A DNA stretch of 64,000 bases from a virus (lineage: Duplodnaviria > Caudoviricetes), in the IMG/VR virus record IMGVR_UViG_3300046092_000036, positions 1,224 to 65,223 of that record; one strand, 5' to 3'. The position numbers and the translations under genes are program-made. Below, in pieces: positions 58,430-64,000 of the stretch. The notes below the pieces were generated by a model that saw nothing but the letters and a program-made list of their open reading frames with translations, was not told the origin of the DNA and did not search any database. The first letter of the stretch is position 1, and the number at the start of each line of letters is the position of its first letter.

Positions 58430-58580
58430 TTTTTGCCGTTAGGTTTTGCCGATTGTCATTTTGGGAAATGACAGTTCCTAGAGGGGTGGTAGCCCGAGGG
58501 AATCCCCCCAAAAAGGGGGGCAGAGCTTTGCTCTGGCACGAAAGCGCATCGGAATGAGGGTCGATTTCTCGCCAAAAAAC

Positions 58581-58609
58581 TTGATCTGTCCAATAAACTG
58601 TGTTATAAT
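58581..58609 (+). promoter_or_regulatory. early promoter 3
   Basis: TTGATC-N17-TATAAT, extended TG. Confidence 0.88.
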
Positions 58610-58732
58610 ATAAGATATATATGAGAATAAAGATTCGCCCTCATTTTATATTTTGTTCAACCCCTAACATTGTTAGGTTTCCACAATCAGAGCTTGCTCT
58701 GTTTCGTGGGTTTATTTGTGGAGGTAGTCAGT

Positions 58733-58810
58733 ATGAAAGAGATATGGGACATTTTGCTTGGTATTGCTCTAGTAGTCTTTATGGTTAATTTGATATGGGG
58801 GGTAATGTAA
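58733..58810 (+). CDS. 25-aa TM peptide
   Basis: GGAGG RBS; MKEIWDILLGIALVVFMVNLIWGVM. Confidence 0.55.
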   Translation: MKEIWDILLGIALVVFMVNLIWGVM

Positions 58811-58812
58811 TC

Positions 58813-59091
58813 ATGGGTGCATTCAAACAGTTATCTATTGACTTTGGCAAGGGTTTTGAGCCAGCTAGCCCTAACAATGTTAGCCCTACTCAAGAATTGG
58901 TAGCAAGGTGGGAACAGTATGCAAACGACAACCGCCTCAACCCTAAGACCAAGAAGTACAAAGAGAATCAGCATGCGTTCTTATGGGGTATTGGCTGTGC
59001 CTTACAGGAGAAAACACCTATGTTGCTATCCCTATGTATGGTATCAGGGCGTGATATCGCCTCACTAAGAGAACGCACTCAACCAAGATAA
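58813..59091 (+). CDS. hypothetical early protein
   Basis: GGGGG RBS. Confidence 0.7.
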   Translation: MGAFKQLSIDFGKGFEPASPNNVSPTQELVARWEQYANDNRLNPKTKKYKENQHAFLWGIGCALQEKTPMLLSLCMVSGRDIASLRERTQPR

Positions 59092-59104
59092 GAAGGAGCT
59101 AACA

Positions 59105-59308
59105 ATGTTATATGGCATGGACTGTGAATGTGGTTTAGAAATACCGATTGGCAGACTCGACTTAGGGTATACGACATGCCTTAAGTGTGGCGACAAAGTG
59201 GCAAAAGGTGTAAAGCATATTGTGCAAATCCCATATTCCAAGGGTGCGTATCAATATATCCACAACCCCCAAGACTTGTGCTTTACCAACCCAAAGAGGA
59301 CAACATGA
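59105..59308 (+). CDS. small Zn-finger protein
   Basis: CECG..I..GRL.LGY.TCL.CG; AAGGAG RBS. Confidence 0.75.
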   Translation: MLYGMDCECGLEIPIGRLDLGYTTCLKCGDKVAKGVKHIVQIPYSKGAYQYIHNPQDLCFTNPKRTT

Positions 59309-59559
59309 CCGAAGAGCAGATGCTACGCAAACTAAGGCAACGAGAAAGGGAGTATCCATATTGGAATGCGTGTCGGGTTATGTATGAACATTTAGAGCAT
59401 GAGCAATACCTACGCAACAGGGCAGAAGATGCTTATTTGCGATGGCTCAGGGATAACAACCCCGACAGTATTAAGTATAAGTATCCGAACAACCCCAACG
59501 ACCATGAGAAGTTTATGTGGATTGAAGGGTATTTAGACAACCGAAGGGGGAGCAGATGA
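59305..59559 (+). CDS. hypothetical protein
   Basis: GAGGA RBS, ATGA overlap. Confidence 0.7.
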   Translation: MTEEQMLRKLRQREREYPYWNACRVMYEHLEHEQYLRNRAEDAYLRWLRDNNPDSIKYKYPNNPNDHEKFMWIEGYLDNRRGSR

Positions 59560-59876
59560 AGATCAATGTAGACGGATACCTAAACTCGGAGTGGGAGAAA
59601 TACTGCGAAGAGCAGGGGTGCGACCTAACGGAACACGACCTAACATTGTTAGGTGAGCATCTTAAACAGGTGGAAGAAGCAAAGGCTAAGGCAGAGGAAT
59701 ACCAAACGCTATACGACATTGCCCTAGTTAAAAGTTATGCCTACTGTGAGGAATACAACATTGCAACAGGCAGAGTAGAAGAACGGGGTGGTGCAAGACT
59801 ACTCAAGCAGGGTTACATTGATGGCTTTCTTGCAGGGTTCGCACACAAAATGGGGGGTGGACATGGTGGTGATTAA
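59556..59876 (+). CDS. hypothetical protein
   Basis: Coupled ORF. Confidence 0.7.
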   Translation: MKINVDGYLNSEWEKYCEEQGCDLTEHDLTLLGEHLKQVEEAKAKAEEYQTLYDIALVKSYAYCEEYNIATGRVEERGGARLLKQGYIDGFLAGFAHKMGGGHGGD

Positions 59877-60039
59877 GTTATATCAAAAGCCAGATAAGCC
59901 AGAGTTCTATGCCTATGTGCGTAGTGGTAAGTGGGGATTGCTCGTGACTTACCCAATAAGTAAGCCCGACAGTAAAAGAAGTGCAAAGTGGATAGACCCT
60001 AACATTGTTAGGATTGATTGGATAAAGGAGTTTGTATGA
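59863..60039 (+). CDS. hypothetical protein
   Basis: GGGGG/GGA RBS. Confidence 0.65.
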   Translation: MVVIKLYQKPDKPEFYAYVRSGKWGLLVTYPISKPDSKRSAKWIDPNIVRIDWIKEFV

Positions 60040-60146
60040 CTAGATTTGAAAAGATGTGCATGGGTGCGGTAGTAGTTTGTTTGTGTTTGTTTTTACTAAG
60101 TATTCCGTTTGTTTTAGTAGCCTCTTATTACAGGGGGTGCGCATGA
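60036..60146 (+). CDS. 36-aa TM peptide
   Basis: AAGGAG RBS; MTRFEKMCMGAVVVCLCLFLLSIPFVLVASYYRGCA; ATGA overlaps at both ends. Confidence 0.65.
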   Translation: MTRFEKMCMGAVVVCLCLFLLSIPFVLVASYYRGCA

Positions 60147-60325
60147 AAGAGTATTACAAAGGGCAACGCATTAGTGAGTTGCTAACGCAGATAGATGAGT
60201 TGAGCAAAGCGTTGGAAGATAACCACTATGAGTATGAGAACGAAACTCAGGCATTAAGAGCAGTAGAGGCAAGGACTACGCTAGCAATAGCGAAGGCTAA
60301 ATTAACCGCATTACAAGGAGAATAG
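60143..60325 (+). CDS. coiled-coil hypothetical protein
   Basis: GGGGG RBS. Confidence 0.65.
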   Translation: MKEYYKGQRISELLTQIDELSKALEDNHYEYENETQALRAVEARTTLAIAKAKLTALQGE

Positions 60326-60326
60326 T

Positions 60327-60554
60327 ATGAAAGATGGATTGTTTACACAGAACCCTGAGTATCACGAAAATGGTGACACGATTGAAGATGTGATTCTAGA
60401 TGCACAAGATGCGTTCTATACATTTGACGAAGAGCAAGGCAATATCTTTGATGATGATGACCGCATGCTCTTTTGCGAAGGATACAACCAAGGTGTTGAG
60501 GCAATGCGTAAGCAAGTCCTAACATTGTTAGGTCGCATGGCAGAGGAGGAGTAA
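60327..60554 (+). CDS. acidic hypothetical protein
   Basis: AAGGAG RBS. Confidence 0.7.
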   Translation: MKDGLFTQNPEYHENGDTIEDVILDAQDAFYTFDEEQGNIFDDDDRMLFCEGYNQGVEAMRKQVLTLLGRMAEEE

Positions 60555-61096
60555 TGGGATACCGAAGCCAATTAGCTGGATGTATCAGCGTAGATGTAGT
60601 GCGTAAAGAAGATGAGCAAGGCAGTCATTACTTTGATTACGACAAGGCTAAGTTCAAGGAGATGATTGGGTTCATCAAGTTGTCTAGGTTCTATGAGTTA
60701 TGGCAAATAAGCAACACCTCAGATGCGGATAGCTTTGGGTGGCAGAATGGCAAGTTCATCTTGTATGGCAACGATTGGAAGTGGTATCCCGACTACGATG
60801 ATGTGAAAGCATGGAACGAGTTATGGGAGCAGATGCAAGATATCGAGGGTATATCAGGCTACTTTGTGCGAGTGGGTGAGGAGAACGATGACATACAGGA
60901 GATGGAGTTTGGGGATGACCCATGCTACGACCACTTCCATGCGTTTACTGCCCTTAGCTTTGATGCAGAAGATTACTTAGGAAAGAGAGATACAGATGAA
61001 GCAGAGACCAAGAAAGAAGATACCGCTACAACGCAACCCGATTGTGCGGGCGCTAATCATGCAACCGAAACGCAACAACGGGAAGCACAAGCCTAA
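60554..61096 (+). CDS. acidic hypothetical protein
   Basis: MGYRS, WKWYPDY.DV, FVRVGEE.DD. Confidence 0.75.
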   Translation: MGYRSQLAGCISVDVVRKEDEQGSHYFDYDKAKFKEMIGFIKLSRFYELWQISNTSDADSFGWQNGKFILYGNDWKWYPDYDDVKAWNELWEQMQDIEGISGYFVRVGEENDDIQEMEFGDDPCYDHFHAFTALSFDAEDYLGKRDTDEAETKKEDTATTQPDCAGANHATETQQREAQA

Positions 61097-61163
61097 CATT
61101 GTTAGGACTAAGAGAGTAGGTATAGAAGATTAAACGCAGCGCTACTAAACGAGGAGAGTAATT

Positions 61164-62093
61164 ATGTACGGACACCATAGGAATTCGGGGATTCATGCCC
61201 TTGCAAACTACAACGAGGCATTCCACAAGTGGGAGAATACCAAGCCCATTCGTGGTAGGGGTGTAGATGTAAGACCGCTTGGCAACAGACGACAGGCTGA
61301 CCAATACAAGATTGAGTTGCTACCCGAGGGGGGTGTGGCTTGTGTTATGTATAGGACAGCAGTAGTAACCTTCTTTACAGACGGTGATATCCGCATCATG
61401 AATGATGATTGGAATAGTGTATCGACTTGCAACTTCATTGACGAGGTTCTATGGAATATAAGCAGTCGGATATACAACAACGATTTGTATATCAAGACTA
61501 GGCAAGGTGAGTTTGCGCTAGGCAAAGAGGGTTTATGGCTACGCATGAATGGGGAGGGAAACCTTGAGGTTAAGACTGACAGGCTAAAACCCAAGTATGT
61601 GCATGCGATTGACCGCAAGAAGGCTAACAATGTTAGGGCGCAATACAAGCCGTTCCTTGATTATGTTAGTCGGATGAGCAGACTCAAAGGCAACGACCCT
61701 TACCCTGCATCAGAGATGGTTCGGATGTTCCCTCATGCTATCTACAAAGATGTGCCTGATATGGGTGTGGAGTTAAGCGATCGTGCTTACGACAAGTGGA
61801 CTGATGCAATTACGAACCTATTTACCCTGATGAATTCAAAGGGTGAGAGTCAGCATGACGATTTCTACAAGGCTTTACTGCTACTAGCAAAGTCATATGG
61901 CAACCATAAGTACCATGACCCTGAGGGCTATGTCGTGACAGAGAAGAAGATCAAGGTAGCCCTTGACGATTTGATTGTGGGATACCACCGAGATGATGTG
62001 CTTGTGCCTAAGCAAGTGCCACTAGGTGTAGCTCGCAGAGATAGCAATGGCAAATACTTTAGAGACGGATGGCGCAGATTACATGAGGCATAA
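61164..62093 (+). CDS. hypothetical early protein
   Basis: 309 aa, GAGGAG RBS. Confidence 0.8.
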   Translation: MYGHHRNSGIHALANYNEAFHKWENTKPIRGRGVDVRPLGNRRQADQYKIELLPEGGVACVMYRTAVVTFFTDGDIRIMNDDWNSVSTCNFIDEVLWNISSRIYNNDLYIKTRQGEFALGKEGLWLRMNGEGNLEVKTDRLKPKYVHAIDRKKANNVRAQYKPFLDYVSRMSRLKGNDPYPASEMVRMFPHAIYKDVPDMGVELSDRAYDKWTDAITNLFTLMNSKGESQHDDFYKALLLLAKSYGNHKYHDPEGYVVTEKKIKVALDDLIVGYHRDDVLVPKQVPLGVARRDSNGKYFRDGWRRLHEA

Positions 62094-62138
62094 CAATGTT
62101 AGCTCGTTCCGAATTATTTTATTTTCTAGGCAGAATCC

Positions 62139-62167
62139 TTGATCTGTCTAGTATTATGTGTTATAAT
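62139..62167 (+). promoter_or_regulatory. early promoter 4
   Basis: TTGATC-N17-TATAAT, extended TG. Confidence 0.88.
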
Positions 62168-62266
62168 ATAGTATATATAAAATAATAAATGTTAAAGTTT
62201 TCAACCCCCTAACAATGTTAGGGCTAACGCAGTAGATGTAATCAACCACAACAGGAGAAACAAAGC

Positions 62267-63334
62267 ATGGCTGAAATCAATTTCGGTAAAACAGTAACAC
62301 TAACGCAAGCATCAAACATCATTCTTTCAACCCCGATGAATCGCTACTTCTTAAGGGGTGAGCCAGGAATTGGCAAATCGTCTCTACTTAAGTCGCTATC
62401 AGCAAAGCTCCCTAACCACGAGGTCTCTTACATTGATGTGCCTAACATGGACTTGGGTGATATCGCAATGCCCGTCATTGATCGGGAGACAAAGACTACT
62501 GCCTACTACCCTAACAGTAGATTCAAATTGCATCTGGGTAAACCCGTCATAACAATGTTAGATGAGTACACGAAAGGTGCTGACCCAATTAAGAATATGT
62601 TGCACCCCATGTTGGAGGTGGCAAACCCTCGGCTCGGTGATATTGCTTTGCACCCCGAATCAATTACTTTTCTGACAGGCAATCTATCTAGTGATGGTGT
62701 AGGCGATTCCCTGAAAGCTCATAGTATGAATCGTATTATTCCACTACATGTAAGAAAGCCTGATGCTGAGGAGTGGATGGCATGGGCAATCGAGAATGAT
62801 ATTTCGCCTGAGATTATTGCGTGGGTTAGACAATTCCCTCATGCAATGGCTAGCTACTTAGATGAAGGGCAAGCAGACAACCCGTATATCTTCAATCCAA
62901 AGAAGATGCAGATGGCATTTGTATCGCCTCGCTCCCTCGAGAGAGTATCTAACATTGTTAGGGTGCGGTCACAGTTGGATGCCGATAGCTTGATATGTGC
63001 AATGAGTGGTGCGGTGGGTGAATCAGCTAGTCGTGATATGCAAGCATACATAGAGTTCTCAGATCAGCTTCCTACATGGGAGTCGGTGATTGCTAATCCT
63101 AAGACTGCCCTAGTTCCCGAGAGTGCGGGTGCATGCGCAATCATTGTGTTCGGTGCTATCAGTAAGATGGATAAGCAGAGTATGCCTAAGTTCATGGATT
63201 ACATTGAACGATTCCAACCCGAGTGGCAAGCATGCTTTGCTATCAACATTGCTAAGTCACCAAGCAAACAGTCTATTGCATTCTCTAGTAGCAAGTTTGC
63301 TGATTGGGTTCAGAAGAACGAGGACTTACTGTAA
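62267..63334 (+). CDS. MoxR-like AAA+ ATPase
   Basis: GEPGIGKS, ITMLDE, TGN, NR, SPRS. Confidence 0.88.
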   Translation: MAEINFGKTVTLTQASNIILSTPMNRYFLRGEPGIGKSSLLKSLSAKLPNHEVSYIDVPNMDLGDIAMPVIDRETKTTAYYPNSRFKLHLGKPVITMLDEYTKGADPIKNMLHPMLEVANPRLGDIALHPESITFLTGNLSSDGVGDSLKAHSMNRIIPLHVRKPDAEEWMAWAIENDISPEIIAWVRQFPHAMASYLDEGQADNPYIFNPKKMQMAFVSPRSLERVSNIVRVRSQLDADSLICAMSGAVGESASRDMQAYIEFSDQLPTWESVIANPKTALVPESAGACAIIVFGAISKMDKQSMPKFMDYIERFQPEWQACFAINIAKSPSKQSIAFSSSKFADWVQKNEDLL

Positions 63335-63504
63335 TGAGTGAGCCAAAAAAACTAGGTAGACCACCTCTATCAAGAGAGGGTCGTATTAGTAGAGAAAGAA
63401 TAAGGCAAATCCAAGAGCATGCGCTAGGCAAGTTGCGTAGGTTGATGTATGCCAAAGGTTATAAGTTCGAGGATTTTTTCGATGATTCAAAAAAGAAAGG
63501 CTAA
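63334..63504 (+). CDS. 56-aa sigma70 region-4.2-like mini-protein
   Basis: ISRERIRQIQEHALGKLR vs RpoD VTRERIRQIEAKALRKLR; TAATG coupling. Confidence 0.7.
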   Translation: MSEPKKLGRPPLSREGRISRERIRQIQEHALGKLRRLMYAKGYKFEDFFDDSKKKG

Positions 63505-63506
63505 CA

Positions 63507-64000
63507 ATGTTAGGTGATATTCAAGTAGTGAAAGACAAAGAAGAACGCAGATTGAGCAAGATTAAGATTTCAATTATGCGTAATCCTAAGTTCGCATTAT
63601 GGTCAGGCTTGATGACTGTCGGTAAGACAAGCGTAGATGACAACATCCCAACCGCATGCACTAATGGTAGAGATGAACGCTATGGTCGTGAGTTCATTAA
63701 GACTCTAGATGATAAAGAGTTGGCATTCGTAGTGTTACATGAAACATTGCACAAGGCTTATCGTCATCTCTTTACATGGCGCAGACTTAATGATGAGAAC
63801 CCTCATCTTGCAAACCTAGCGTGTGACTATGTAATCAACCTTCAGCTAAAGGATATGGACAAGGATGAATTACTAATCGCCATGCCTCAGCGTAATGGTA
63901 AGGCAATAGGTGCAGTCGATGAACGATTCCGTGGCATGAACGCTAAACAAATCTTTGACATACTCAAGGAGGAGGATGAGGGTGGAGGAGGAGGTGGTGG
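63507..64000 (+). CDS. DUF2201/VWA-associated metallopeptidase-like protein (3' truncated)
   Basis: IPTACTNG, FVVLHETLH, NLACDYVIN; follows the AAA ATPase. Confidence 0.85.
   Translation, partial: MLGDIQVVKDKEERRLSKIKISIMRNPKFALWSGLMTVGKTSVDDNIPTACTNGRDERYGREFIKTLDDKELAFVVLHETLHKAYRHLFTWRRLNDENPHLANLACDYVINLQLKDMDKDELLIAMPQRNGKAIGAVDERFRGMNAKQIFDILKEEDEGGGGGG

Larger units (their letters stand above)
57115..58496 (+). repeat. three copies of hairpin + GTTCYYAG..G.GTGG..GCCC element
   Basis: Cores at 57133-57165, 57195-57227, 58464-58496. Confidence 0.8.
56202..63513. repeat. CTAACAWTGTTAG palindrome, right cluster (16 perfect + 4 one-mismatch)
   Basis: Perfect at 56202, 56863, 57087, 57236, 57631, 58372, 58664, 58871, 59640, 59999, 60519, 61093, 61624, 62209, 62949, 63501; variants at 57762, 59099, 62090, 62549. 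Confidence 0.97.

Noticed and set aside
56202-63513. Palindrome series as a CRISPR array
   Set aside because: Only 13 bp, irregular spacing of hundreds of bp, many copies inside ORFs; the Cas4-like gene is an ordinary phage exonuclease
56202-63513. Motif being matS, parS or a LexA box
   Set aside because: Differs from matS at 4 of 13 positions and does not match parS or CTGT-N8-ACAG; kept only as an analogy
1-64000. Prophage, integrase, tRNA genes or alternative genetic code
   Set aside because: No integrase, att site, host genes or cloverleaf recognised; ORFs tile densely under the standard code

Overview
The window is most of a ~42% GC tailed-phage genome with podovirus-like gene content. 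It is probably a circularly permuted contig, with the early region running off the right end (56.2-64 kb) and resuming at the left (1-2.9 kb). The + strand carries early genes (duplicated first gene, MoxR-like AAA ATPase, DUF2201-like metallopeptidase, DUF3150-like) and a replication module (VRR-NUC, family A DNA polymerase, Cas4-like exonuclease, SNF2 helicase, SSB-like, primase-DUF927). The - strand (15.7-55.9 kb) carries terminase, portal, GroES, scaffold, capsid, tail/fibre, lysis and ejection genes. I saw no integrase, tRNA or CRISPR array. The most unusual signals are regulatory: (1) a 13-bp palindrome CTAACAWTGTTAG in 20 perfect and 4 one-mismatch copies, seen only in the early region and even inside ORFs; (2) a ~80-nt candidate sRNA (15599-15680) made of tandem anti-Shine-Dalgarno segments with 11-12-nt perfect complementarity to the RBSs of four phage early/middle genes; (3) stand-alone sigma70-region-4-like and RNAP alpha-CTD-like proteins, alongside a shift from 17/18-bp (early) to 16-bp (middle/late) promoter spacers; (4) a 43-aa amphipathic ORF under a PhaR-type box. 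All calls were made by eye; no database searches were run.
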